Shown here: positions 1 through 9,493 of the stretch, in pieces
Layout: each line of letters starts with the position of its first letter
Numbering within the stretch: position 1 is the stretch's first letter
Source of the DNA: Alphaproteobacteria bacterium
Lineage (GTDB): Bacteria > Pseudomonadota > Alphaproteobacteria > UBA2966
Length of the DNA stretch: 64,000 nt
Assembly (NCBI GenBank): GCA_964291395.2
Contig: OZ219856.1
Location: 1,568,001-1,632,000, forward strand
Direction: 5' to 3'
The notes under the pieces: model-generated
Database searches by the model: none
The model's input: the letters and a program-made list of their open reading frames with translations, nothing else
Told to the model about the DNA's origin: nothing
Translations under genes and position numbers: made by a program

Positions 1-1
1 G

Positions 2-466
2 CCTGACGTGCGGAAGCGCCTGACTCCCGTGTTCGAGTCGTTCAGCAAGCAGGTTTTCGATCTTGGCACCGTGGTCGGCAACGGTCAGCGCATGAAGCTC
101 ATCAACAACTGCCTGGTTCATACGGCGTTGGTGGTTTCAAGTGAGGCTATGGTATGGGGCGAAAAGGGCGGGCTCGAGTTGAAGACGATGCTGAAAGTCT
201 TGACCGAGACATCCGGTCGTAACGTCGTCACCGATCACTTCTTTCCGGACGATGTCCTGACGGAGAAATACGCATCGGGTGGGTCAATAGACATCATTCG
301 GAAGGACATCGAACTATTCGTGGGCGAAGCCAAGGCCGCCGGTTGCCTGCACGCCGTTGCTGAAACCGCATACAACGTGATCAAGGATTGTCAGGAGCAG
401 GTACCGGGGTTGGATCAAACTATGATGTACCCCTACACGAAAAGCGGTGGCAAAGTGTCGGCCTGA
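2..466 (+). CDS. NAD(P)-dependent beta-hydroxyacid dehydrogenase (3-hydroxyisobutyrate dehydrogenase family), C-terminal part; 5' end outside window
   Basis: GNGQRMKLINN catalytic-Lys motif and IRKDI C-terminal motif; frame is open to the window edge. Confidence 0.8.
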   Translation, partial: PDVRKRLTPVFESFSKQVFDLGTVVGNGQRMKLINNCLVHTALVVSSEAMVWGEKGGLELKTMLKVLTETSGRNVVTDHFFPDDVLTEKYASGGSIDIIRKDIELFVGEAKAAGCLHAVAETAYNVIKDCQEQVPGLDQTMMYPYTKSGGKVSA

Positions 467-762
467 CGCGGGAAATACTCGAATGCTAAGCTCGTCTTGA
501 GAGAACCGACACCTGACTCGTGCTGCTCTGAAGAAGCAGATTCAAATTTCACGCCATGTAGAGGTGTGACAATTCCGACAACTGCTGATCGCCATCCTTC
601 TACAATCAGCGATAATGTGTGTTTTCCGATATGCCTTGGCGACGTCTAAGTTCCTCGCCCGACATCCCCTCTCATGAACAGGACCGAGCCGTTGTAAATT
701 GTCGTTGAGAAACTTGTGCCTCACCGGGAAGCTCCTGGATTCGCAATATGCGCCATTGGACA

Positions 763-829
763 CCTGTCCCTTCTATTTAATCGGTCATGATCCTAAATCA
801 GTCCAGATCGATTAAATAAAAGGGACAGG
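763..829. repeat. 21-bp inverted repeat (1 mismatch) with 25-nt spacer
   Basis: cctgtcccttctatttaatcg (763-783) pairs with cgattaaataaaagggacagg (809-829). Confidence 0.85.
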
Positions 830-1388
830 GACAGGTTTTCTTGTCACCCACCCGGAGATTACGCCATCCCCAAATTTCCACCACGTACGAGGCAGAGCAA
901 ACCGAGGTATCTGAAGCTAAAGGAGTTGTCTCGAAGAATTTGCTCTGACAAAGCCCCGGCTATCAATGGATGACTTCGCCGGTCCAGCGGTCGCGGTTCG
1001 CCCAGAACGGGCATTCCGGGCAGACCGTTCCATCGTAGTCAGTGAACCACACCGTGAACGCACCGACCCTATGCGCGACATGTCTACCGAGGCGCGCCCT
1101 CCAGCGTCGCGGCACGTAGTCGGAGTTCTCGGTGGCTCATCGTGCGCGTGACATCGTACCCCTTGGTGCTGCTCGGAAAGACCAGAGGCAAGGTCGCTAC
1201 ACATTCCGTCGCCGCTTGACCAGTTGCTGCCAGGCGTGTCGACGGCGTTCAATCGTAGATCAAACTTTACGTCTCCGGCACCGGTTGAAGTATTTTCAAT
1301 TGGTGGTCTTTTGGAGGGAAGCGTGGAGGGAGAACTCTGTCAGCACGGCGCTGCTGCACAATAAATTGTAGCAAAAACAGTCTGTTAT

Positions 1389-1815
1389 CTAGATATTGGG
1401 AGCTCGACGCTGGTCCATCCCCGTTCGGTCCGCGATCCGCGCCGCAACCTCCAGGTCGCCTCCGTTCCGCAGGTACTCCGTGATCCCCGTCCCCCGGAAG
1501 CTGTGCGCGCATATCTCCGCGGGCAGACCCGCACGCTGCGCACGGCGCTTGATGGTCGCGAACGCTCCATGCCGCGTGAGGCCCTCCTCGAGCAGCGCAT
1601 CGCGCGGACCGGGACCCGTGCGCCGGAACAAAGGCCCGCGGCGGTCGTGAGCGATACCTGACGCCTCGAGGTAGGCATCGACATACTCCTACATCGTATG
1701 GTGGGCGGGAACCACGTTGTATCGGCTCCCCTTCTCGTGAAGACGGAAGAACGAGCGCGGTCCCTGCGTGTAGTAGTCGCCGACCCGAAGCGAGGCCGCT
1801 TCGGGTCGGGCAACC
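1389..1815 (-). pseudogene. Tyrosine recombinase/integrase fragment
   Basis: LRVGDYYTQG..FRLHEKG and HSFRGTGITEYLRNGGDLE (HxxR box) lie in one frame separated by an in-frame TAG at 1689-1691; the N-terminus and the catalytic Tyr region are missing. Confidence 0.8.
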
Positions 1816-1879
1816 ATCAATCCGACAGACCATTCGGAAACCAAGCGAGTCCGGCTCAGTCCTCGATCAACACGGTCAC

Positions 1880-2647
1880 TAGAGCACATTTCGTTCAGAC
1901 GCGGTCATATCCTGCAGCAGCGAAGTAGTTTTGGCACTCGGCCGGGCTGAAGTTGTCTGTGGCTTGGCCGATGGCCTCCCAGAGCTCGTTGAGGGTGCGG
2001 GCGGCGCGTTGCTTGAGGGAGGCCTTGAGCTTGGAGAAGGCCATCTCGATCGGGTTGAAGTCGGGGCTGTATGGCGGCAGGAAGCGCAGTTCGGCTCCGG
2101 CGCCTTGGATGGCGTCGCGCACGGCGGCGCTGCGGTGGCAGGCAAGGTTGTCCATCACCACGATGTCGCCGGGCTTGAGCGAGGGCACCAGCACCTGTTC
2201 GACGTAGGCGAGGAAGGCGGCGCCGTGCATGGCGCCGTCGAGCACCATGGGCGCGGTCATGCCGCTCAACCTCAAGGCACCGACGAAGGTCGTGGTCCTC
2301 CAATGTCCATTAGGCACCGGCGCCCTGCACCCCTGTCCGCGCATGGCCCGGCCGCATCGTCGCGCCATCTTGGTGGACGCGCCGGTCTCATCGACGAAGA
2401 CGAGCGTGTCGGGCTCGAGATCGGGCTGTGTCTCGATCCAGGCCCGCCTGCGCCTGAGCACGTCAGCGCGTTGCTGCTCGCTGGCGGGTCATGCTGCCAT
2501 CGACAACCGCCCTCACTACCCGGCGACGCAGATCATTCGAAAGAGGTCGTATCATGCAGGCTGGCCTCCTTCACCAGCCCGCATCTTGAATCACATTTCC
2601 AAGAGATTGAAAATTCTAATGATTCTCTAAGGGCGAAAAATGCTCTA
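1880..2647 (-). mobile_element. IS630-family element, internally deleted
   Basis: Inverted ends tagagcacattt / aaaatgctcta, each in a CTAG context (TA target); first ~25 codons of orfA (MIRPLSNDLRRRVV, ATG at 2555) abut the DDE region directly. Confidence 0.85.
1895..2461 (-). pseudogene. IS630 transposase DDE domain (HTH region deleted)
   Basis: LVFVDETG, VVMDNL and LPPYSPDFNPIE motifs. Confidence 0.9.
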
Positions 2648-3030
2648 GATTACGGCAATATCCCGCGTCTCAAGTCTTGGAGTACCGTCGGCAGCCAGTC
2701 GTCCTCGGCGCGGGCGATCTTTCGCTTTCGACGCTTTCAAGGTAAGCGTTGGGTGACCCCGTCTTGACGTGCCCATGCGACTTGCACGATCCGCGTACCC
2801 ATCAGACGTTTCTGGAGGGGTTGTCGACTGCGGACTCCTGAACGCAGGAATATCTGCATCGCCGTGAGCATTACGGTCGACATACGGTAGTCCTACAAAC
2901 CCATCGATTGCAGGCAATCTACTGATTTCAGATCGTAGTGCGCTACCTCCCGGACGCGACGCGGACACATGCAATCACGCCTAATTGACCCAACACATTG
3001 GCTTGTATTGTGGCTCTGCCCCAACATGTC

Positions 3031-3161
3031 TGTTCTATAAACGGATCATTAATCTATCTTATGATCGGTTTATGGAGCACAAACTTTCCAATCCACTTGA
3101 AATCCACTAGAATGATCTATAAATAAGTCATGACCCTTATTCATGATCTATTTATGGATCA
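3031..3161. promoter_or_regulatory. Four operator-like boxes TGATC-N8-GATCA upstream of the hipB-like gene
   Basis: Boxes at 3031-3048, 3062-3079, 3113-3130 and 3144-3161; AT-rich N8 cores; spacing 31/51/31 bp. Confidence 0.75.
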
Positions 3162-3170
3162 AACAAAGCA

Positions 3171-3509
3171 ATGGCGAAGCCCGCAAACAGAAGCTATTCC
3201 CGCTATGCCCGTGAAGCCGCAGAGCTTCTCGGGCTGATGATCCATAACGCGCGCATCGAACGCGACATCACGGTCGCCGATGTCGCCGAACGAGCCGGGA
3301 TTTCGCGCGGCCTTGTGCACCGCATCGAAAAAGGCGAAATGGGCTCCTCCATCGGTGCGGCCTTCGAGGTGGCCGCCATTATCGGGCTGCGCTTGTTCGA
3401 AGCCGAACCGACAACGCTGACGCGCCATCTGTCGATGGAACGAGACAAGCTCACCCTGCTACCGAAATCCGTCCGCACGGGAACGACGAAGGTGAAAGAT
3501 GACTTCTGA
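3171..3509 (+). CDS. XRE-family HTH protein, HipB-like antitoxin
   Basis: HTH (TVADVAERAGISRGLVHRIEKG); overlaps the start of the HipA gene. Confidence 0.85.
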   Translation: MAKPANRSYSRYAREAAELLGLMIHNARIERDITVADVAERAGISRGLVHRIEKGEMGSSIGAAFEVAAIIGLRLFEAEPTTLTRHLSMERDKLTLLPKSVRTGTTKVKDDF

Positions 3510-4779
3510 TCGCCCCGACACGAAAGCGCCGGAAGAAGCCTATGTCTGGGTATGGCTGCCCGGCGCGACTGCACCGGTCGTCGCCGGTCGCATCGCGCAT
3601 GACGGCGAGCGGCTGATCTTCAACTACGGTCAGAGCTATCTGGATCGGAATGACCGCATTCCGATCTACGAGCCGGAACTGCCGCTGCGCAGCGGAGCGA
3701 TTGCGCCCGAAGTCGGGCTGAGCATGGCCGGATGTCTGCGCGACGCCGCGCCCGATGCGTGGGGCCGTCGCGTCATTCTGAACCGGACCTTCGGACGCAA
3801 GGGCAATGATGTCGACACCGCTACACTCGACGAGCTGACCTATCTACTGGAGTCCGGCTCCGACCGCATCGGCGCTCTGGACTTCCAGCGCTCCCCTTCC
3901 GAGTACGTGCCGCGCGTCGTTCAAGCCGCGACGCTCGAAGAGCTGCTGAGCGCCGCCGAGAAAGTCGAGAATGGCGTGCCGTTGACGCTCGAGCTCGATC
4001 AGGCACTGTTCCACGGTACGTCGCTCGGCGGCGCGCGCCCGAAGGCGACGATCCAGGACGGCGACACAAAGATGATCGCCAAGTTCTCGTCTTCGACCGA
4101 CACCTACAACGTGGTGAAGGCGGAATATGTCGCCATGCGCCTTGCTGCCAAGGCGGGGCTTGACGTCGCCCCCGTGCGTCTTGAGCACGTCGCCGGCAAG
4201 GACGTGCTTCTGGTCGAGCGTTTCGACCGCGCAAAGACGAAAGACGACTGGACGCGCAAGGCGATGGTCTCGGCGCTGACGCTGTTCGGTCTCGATGAAA
4301 TGATGGCGCGTTACGCCAGCTATGAAGTCCTCGCGGAAATCATTCGGCACCGCTTCACCTCGCCGAAGGCGACGTTGCACGAGCTGTACGGACGGCTCGT
4401 GTTCAATATCCTGTGCGGCAACACCGACGATCACGCCCGCAACCATGCGAGCTTCTGGGACGGCGAACACCTGACCCTGACGCCTGCCTATGACATCTGT
4501 CCGCAAAGCCGTTCCGGCAATGTGGCCAGCCAGGCGATGCTGATCGTCGGAGACAATCGGACGAGCACACTTGCGATCTGCCTCGAGGCCGCGCCCAGTT
4601 TCCAGCTCAGCGAGAAAGCCGCGAAGGACATCGTCGCCCGGCAGATCGGTACTGTCCGGGACGAATGGGACGACATCTGCCAGGAAGCCGTATTGACCGA
4701 AGTCGAGCGTAACCTGTTCGGCGAACGCATCTTTCTGAATGACTTCATCTTCGAAGGCACGCCGGACGGCCTGCGGTGA
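3499..4779 (+). CDS. hipA: HipA-family toxin kinase
   Basis: N-terminal couple domain, GTSLGGARPKA P-loop, LLVERFDR, GNTDDHARNH, LTPAYDI. Confidence 0.92.
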   Translation: MTSDRPDTKAPEEAYVWVWLPGATAPVVAGRIAHDGERLIFNYGQSYLDRNDRIPIYEPELPLRSGAIAPEVGLSMAGCLRDAAPDAWGRRVILNRTFGRKGNDVDTATLDELTYLLESGSDRIGALDFQRSPSEYVPRVVQAATLEELLSAAEKVENGVPLTLELDQALFHGTSLGGARPKATIQDGDTKMIAKFSSSTDTYNVVKAEYVAMRLAAKAGLDVAPVRLEHVAGKDVLLVERFDRAKTKDDWTRKAMVSALTLFGLDEMMARYASYEVLAEIIRHRFTSPKATLHELYGRLVFNILCGNTDDHARNHASFWDGEHLTLTPAYDICPQSRSGNVASQAMLIVGDNRTSTLAICLEAAPSFQLSEKAAKDIVARQIGTVRDEWDDICQEAVLTEVERNLFGERIFLNDFIFEGTPDGLR

Positions 4780-4878
4780 TGGGCAAGCGCCACCCGCCGA
4801 CGGAAGAGTGATCGAAGTTCTCGAACAGCTTCGATCGGCGCGCCTTCGATCGGAGTCGAAGGACGGCCAGCGGCGCCA

Positions 4879-6129
4879 TCATCCTTCGACGGTCACGTCC
4901 ACCGGGACGATGCCGTCGAAATGCTTGAGCTGGTGGTTCCACTCCTGGGCCGGCTGGACACGGCCCTTTTCGTCGGTGGCCCGGGCCAGGATCCGGTAGG
5001 AGCCGGGCTCCGAAACCTCCCACGGGGACGACCACCGCCGCCACAACCAGCGATCCCCCGTCTCCTCTACGCGGGCGGCCGTCCAGGTCCGGCCCCCGTC
5101 GACGCTGACCTCGACTCCGGTGACCGCGCCCTCGCCGCTCCAGGCCAGTCCGCGGATGAGATGCGAGCCGGGTTTCAAAGGAGAGTCGTCGTCGCGCGGA
5201 TAGACGATGAGGCTCTTGCAGCCCAAGGCCGTCATCATTTCGCTCGCCGGGTCGTCGGCGGATTTGCCGGAGACGAAGTAATGCACCTGGTGATAGCACT
5301 CGGCCATGTGATCGTGGACCTCGATCTTCTGGAGCCACTTGACCCACCAGTTGCCGGCCCATCCCGGCACCACCAGGCGCAGGGGCGCACCGTGGACGTG
5401 CAACAGGTGATCGCCGTTGTGGGCCCAGGCCAGGAGGGTGTCCGGGTGGAGCGCCTTCTCAAGGGGCAGGGCCTTGTCGAAGTTGATCACGCCGGGATCA
5501 TGGACCTCGACGTCCGCCGTGCCGAGCGCCCGGTAGAGCCGCATGGGATCGGGGCGCCCGCGATCCCAGCCCTCGGCCCGGACGCTCACCGCCGAGCCCT
5601 TCAGGCCGGCCAGTTCGAGGACCGCCGACAACGGCGTGCCGGTCCACTCACCGCCGCTGCACAGGTTGGTCGCCCGGGGCGCCGCCAAGGCCTCGTCGAC
5701 GGTCAAGTCGCCGCCGGCGCGCAGTGCGTTCCAATCCTCGAATTTATCCCGCATGCGGCGAATTCGCGGCTTCTCGTTCAGGCGTTCGCCAAGGTACTCG
5801 AAGAAATCGGCGTCGTTGCCGGCGCACTCGGTGACCGCGCGCACCGTCTTCGACGGCAGTCTCCGGATGTCCGCCAGGGTCAGGGTCAGCGGCCTCTCGA
5901 CCTCACCCAGGAGCTCGAGCTCCCAATCGTCGGGATGCACCGGTTCCGGCATCTGAAGCTGGGCCATGACGAAGAACGCGTCGACCGGGGTGATCAGGCC
6001 CTCCTGCTCCAGGATGGGGGACTGGGCGTAGATCACCCGTCCTTCCGGGTCCGTGCTCGGAAAATTGCGCAGGCGCTTACGCCCGGGCCAGCCGAAAACC
6101 CATTCACCTTCCAGGTCGTCGTCTTCCAT
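4879..6129 (-). CDS. Sulfite oxidase-family molybdoenzyme (copy 1), no signal peptide
   Basis: ECAGN Moco-Cys motif, HGAPLRLVVPGWAGNWWVKW, C-terminal Ig-like domain (VEVSVDGGRTW, ARATD); start placed after GGAGGG. Confidence 0.9.
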   Translation of the reverse strand: MEDDDLEGEWVFGWPGRKRLRNFPSTDPEGRVIYAQSPILEQEGLITPVDAFFVMAQLQMPEPVHPDDWELELLGEVERPLTLTLADIRRLPSKTVRAVTECAGNDADFFEYLGERLNEKPRIRRMRDKFEDWNALRAGGDLTVDEALAAPRATNLCSGGEWTGTPLSAVLELAGLKGSAVSVRAEGWDRGRPDPMRLYRALGTADVEVHDPGVINFDKALPLEKALHPDTLLAWAHNGDHLLHVHGAPLRLVVPGWAGNWWVKWLQKIEVHDHMAECYHQVHYFVSGKSADDPASEMMTALGCKSLIVYPRDDDSPLKPGSHLIRGLAWSGEGAVTGVEVSVDGGRTWTAARVEETGDRWLWRRWSSPWEVSEPGSYRILARATDEKGRVQPAQEWNHQLKHFDGIVPVDVTVEG

Positions 6130-6286
6130 GCCATGCCCTCCCATTTCGACGGGTGCGGTCCTTCAGGGCGAATCCGGTACCCGAAGGTCGGAGCGTGGAT
6201 CGTTCTCCGACATCAGGGAAGCAGCCGACGAGTTCGGACTCCCGATCCCGCGTTACAACGCCGAATCCACAGTCCGCGGCACCGCA

Positions 6287-7468
6287 CTAGGGTTCGAGTT
6301 GGAAAACATCGATGAGGTTGTGCGAGAAAAACTTGTTGCGGGTGTCCTCGTCGAGATCCGGGAATTCATCGAGATAGCGCTTCACGCCGCTGATTCCGCT
6401 GGAATCCCAGTGCGGATAGTCACTGGTGTAGCCGACGTTGGAGGGCATGAATTCCATGGTTTCCTTGAGCAGCGGCTCGTCGTCCTCGAAGGCGCAGATG
6501 CAGACCTGTTCGTGGAAGTATTCCGACGGCAGACGCTCGAGCGTGACCTCGCCCGGGGGACGGGACTCGACGTGCTCGTCCATGCGGCCGAGGAAGTAGG
6601 GCACCCAGGTGACGCCGGCCTCGCACATCATGACCTTGAGGCCCGGGTGCCGTTCCAGGACGCCGTGGCCGATGATGCCGATCAGTGCCGTGCACATCTC
6701 GAGTGGATGCGAGGCGACGTGGGCCATCCAGTAGATGTCGTACTTGTAGTCGGTACTGTGCGTGGCGTTGTAGGTGCCGGTGGCTTCATGGAACAGGAGC
6801 GGCATCTTGAGATCCTGCATCGTCTGCCAGACGGGATCCCAGCCTTCCTTCCACCAGTAGACGTCCTGCATGATATTGGGCCGCAGCCACATGGCGCGGG
6901 CTCCGATTTCATGGCACCGCTTGACCTCCGCCACGGCGTAATCCACCTGGAGGGGGATCGAGCCGCACCACATGTGACGTTCGCTGTGGGCAAAATCCTT
7001 GCCGGTCCAATCGTTGAGGGCCCGCATCAGGGCGTATTGAAGCTCGATGTCCTCGACGTCGGGCACGTACAGACCGGCCGTGGGAATCCACATGCCGATG
7101 TCGACACCCGTGATGTCCATGTCCTCGTCGCGCATGTCCCAGCAGTGTTGAATCGCCTCCTGCTGGTTCAGCGACACGCCGCGCGGCCGATAATCGGAGT
7201 TGCCCTCCGGGCGGCCCATGCCGCCACCCGTGGGTTTCTGGTACATGCGGCCCTCCAGCACAAAGCGGACACCGCCGCCGTTGTCGACCTGGATGTACGG
7301 GGCACGGTCCTTGAATTCCGGGTCGAGATATTTCGTGAAAGCCTCCAACGGCTCGATCAGATGGCGGTCGCCGTCGACGACGAACCACTCCTTGCCGATC
7401 TCCTTCTGGGGTTGCCGGTACTTGTCCGCGACGAGTTCGTAATTCGATTTTTCCAATGCATCCGGCAT
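6287..7468 (-). CDS. Amidohydrolase-2 family protein (decarboxylase/hydratase-like TIM barrel)
   Basis: VDGDRH metal motif, PLLFH, VLERHPGLK..EAG, TSDYPHWD. Confidence 0.85.
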   Translation of the reverse strand: MPDALEKSNYELVADKYRQPQKEIGKEWFVVDGDRHLIEPLEAFTKYLDPEFKDRAPYIQVDNGGGVRFVLEGRMYQKPTGGGMGRPEGNSDYRPRGVSLNQQEAIQHCWDMRDEDMDITGVDIGMWIPTAGLYVPDVEDIELQYALMRALNDWTGKDFAHSERHMWCGSIPLQVDYAVAEVKRCHEIGARAMWLRPNIMQDVYWWKEGWDPVWQTMQDLKMPLLFHEATGTYNATHSTDYKYDIYWMAHVASHPLEMCTALIGIIGHGVLERHPGLKVMMCEAGVTWVPYFLGRMDEHVESRPPGEVTLERLPSEYFHEQVCICAFEDDEPLLKETMEFMPSNVGYTSDYPHWDSSGISGVKRYLDEFPDLDEDTRNKFFSHNLIDVFQLEP

Positions 7469-7528
7469 GCTGACTCGCTTTCCTGTTCCGGTGAAATCAG
7501 TGAGCGGCGCGAAGCGCACACTCCAAAC

Positions 7529-7574
7529 CGCTATATAGTGCTTTCAGGATAGCAAATCATCGGCCGGGAGTCAA
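7529..7574 (-). promoter_or_regulatory. Sigma70-type promoter for the amidohydrolase gene with a downstream palindrome (candidate GntR operator)
   Basis: Minus strand TTGACT-17 nt-TATCCT (7574-7546) followed by palindrome CTATATAG (7531-7538). Confidence 0.6.
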
Positions 7575-7648
7575 AAACCCGCGCGAGACATCCGAAGGCT
7601 TCCATCGCGACGCCGGCTTCACGGCCGGCGCGGCCCTCCCGGTCGATT

Positions 7649-8425
7649 CTAGTCGACGTTCTCGCTCAGCAGCAGGCGACGATTGCCGGGCGGCACATGG
7701 ACCAGATGATAGGAAATCGGCTCGTCGCGATACCCGTGGCTCATGATGTGGAAGACCATGCCGACGGAATCAGGGGGCAGCCCAAGGGAGCGGCAGGCAT
7801 CGTCCGGCAACGTATCGCAAGACACCTCCTCCACCAGACGCAGCGTCGGTGTGCCGAAACGTGAGCGAAGGGTCTCGCGGATGTACTTCCCTTCCAAAGC
7901 GGTGACGGGCATATCGAGGAGGCTCCCGAACAAGTCTCCCGAGACGTAAAAGCGACTCAAGGCGTTGAACTCCCCACCGACGTCGATCATACGCCTGATA
8001 CACAGATAAAAGCTGGCGTCACCGAGAAACGTTCCCCATGGGGGTTCACCCGTGACCTTCTCGATGTCGAGGACCTCCTGATGGATCGGCAGCAGGGTCC
8101 TGCCGTCGGAGCCGATAAATCTGAGATGCCATGGCCCGAGCAGTGAGCGCGGACCGTTGACGAAGGTCCCGCGACAATGTTCACGGACGATGGCGCCCTG
8201 CTCGACCAGTCTCCCCAACGCCTTCTGGATAGTACCCAGGCTGGCGGGGACGGTTCTCGCCATCTCCGCCTCCGACGGAATCCGGTCGCCGGGTTTCCAC
8301 TCTCCGGCTTCGATCATGTGGGAGATATGATCGGCCAGTTGAACGTATTTCGGCCGTTTCAGGACCTCGGGCTCTTTCTCCGACGCCAGGCGCCTGGCAA
8401 GATTTTGAATCTCGGATCTTTCCAT
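7649..8425 (-). CDS. GntR-family transcriptional regulator (HutC/UTRA-like)
   Basis: PKYVQLAD..WKPGDRIPSE..GTFV wHTH plus a C-terminal domain of UTRA size. Confidence 0.88.
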   Translation of the reverse strand: MERSEIQNLARRLASEKEPEVLKRPKYVQLADHISHMIEAGEWKPGDRIPSEAEMARTVPASLGTIQKALGRLVEQGAIVREHCRGTFVNGPRSLLGPWHLRFIGSDGRTLLPIHQEVLDIEKVTGEPPWGTFLGDASFYLCIRRMIDVGGEFNALSRFYVSGDLFGSLLDMPVTALEGKYIRETLRSRFGTPTLRLVEEVSCDTLPDDACRSLGLPPDSVGMVFHIMSHGYRDEPISYHLVHVPPGNRRLLLSENVD

Positions 8426-8586
8426 CGTTTCCGCACATACCTCAGATCGACGCCGACATTTCGCTTGAACATCCTGGTTGCATGTTCGATTTCAAAACGA
8501 CCGGGCTCGGGAAGGCATTGTCGGAACGGAGTCGCTTGAACCTCCGGCAAGCCGGCTCCAGGTGCCGCGCCCGGGCCATCCGGGTC

Positions 8587-9174
8587 TCATTCCTTCACGA
8601 CCACGACGTAGTCCGATGCCGTCTTGGCGTCGGGGTCGAAGCGCGTCCGTCCGGTGTAGTTGATGTGCATGCCGTACGTGTGGAGCGAAAGCGTGGTGCG
8701 CTCGCCGTCGTTGCGGACGGTATGGATGTCGTCCCCGAGGAACGACGACAGCGTATCGACCGTCAGCTTCCGTTCGCCGACGCGCCTGAGGTCCGCGTAA
8801 CCGGGCGTCGAACCGTCATCGAGGCGCTCCCACAGGATCTCGGTCTCCTCGCCGTCCAGCCCGACAACCACGCCCCAGGTCTTGTGATCGTGAGCCGGCG
8901 TGCCCCGACCGGGCAGCCAGGAGAACAGGAATACCGGAAGGCTGTGGTCCTCTTCCTCATGCAACAGGTGCAGGCCGAAGCCCTGGTTCGGGTCGCACTC
9001 GTAGTGCTCGTCCCTGATCCACCCGGGAGTCGTGGAAATCGTCCTGGCGAGCTTCAGGATGTGAGGTTCCAGCAGCTCGACAATCCGGCGCTCGTCGGTT
9101 TCCTCGCGCACGATCCGGCGCAAGTCCTCAACGAATTCCGGGACGTCGTAGATGTTCACGTCAGCTTGCGACAT
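8587..9174 (-). CDS. Cysteine dioxygenase-family thiol dioxygenase (cupin)
   Basis: TPAHDHKTWG, DIHTVRN, SLHTYG motifs (3-His Fe site); GGAGG RBS before ATG at 9174. Confidence 0.85.
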   Translation of the reverse strand: MSQADVNIYDVPEFVEDLRRIVREETDERRIVELLEPHILKLARTISTTPGWIRDEHYECDPNQGFGLHLLHEEEDHSLPVFLFSWLPGRGTPAHDHKTWGVVVGLDGEETEILWERLDDGSTPGYADLRRVGERKLTVDTLSSFLGDDIHTVRNDGERTTLSLHTYGMHINYTGRTRFDPDAKTASDYVVVVKE

Positions 9175-9239
9175 TTTCCATCCTCCCGATCTCCATCTTC
9201 GCAATTTACAGCGTACCGCGCGAGGCTTCGAATCGTGTG

Positions 9240-9470
9240 GGCACCGATCGATCGCCTCGGTGACGACGATGCCCGCGATGCCCTCGCCGTGCTTGCTTCC
9301 GAGAAGGGGGTCGCCTTCAAACCCGGCGCAGTCTCCGAAATTCTACGCCAGACAAGCGGTTATCCCTACTTCCTTCAGGAGTGGGGCAAGCACAGCTGGG
9401 ACATCGCCGAAGCTTCCCCGATTGAGCTAGACGACGCGCAACGCGCGACAACCGAGGCGGTCGCCACCAA
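9240..9470 (+). pseudogene. Internal fragment of an AAA-type ATP-binding protein
   Basis: EILRQTSGYPYFLQEWG winged-helix-proximal motif; no start codon or Walker motifs in frame. Confidence 0.6.
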
Positions 9471-9493
9471 CAGCCGGTCGAGCCGCGCCCATG

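Noticed and set aside
840-885. ccacca resembling a tRNA or tmRNA 3' end (att site)
   Set aside because: No T-arm (GTTCRA) or acceptor stem upstream
963-1135. Short minus-strand frame ending VCPECPFWANRDRWTGEVIH
   Set aside because: Protein-like with a CxxC, but there is no convincing start or family assignment; at most a gene remnant
1689-1691. In-frame TAG in the integrase as possible recoding
   Set aside because: The gene is also truncated at both ends; simple decay explains it
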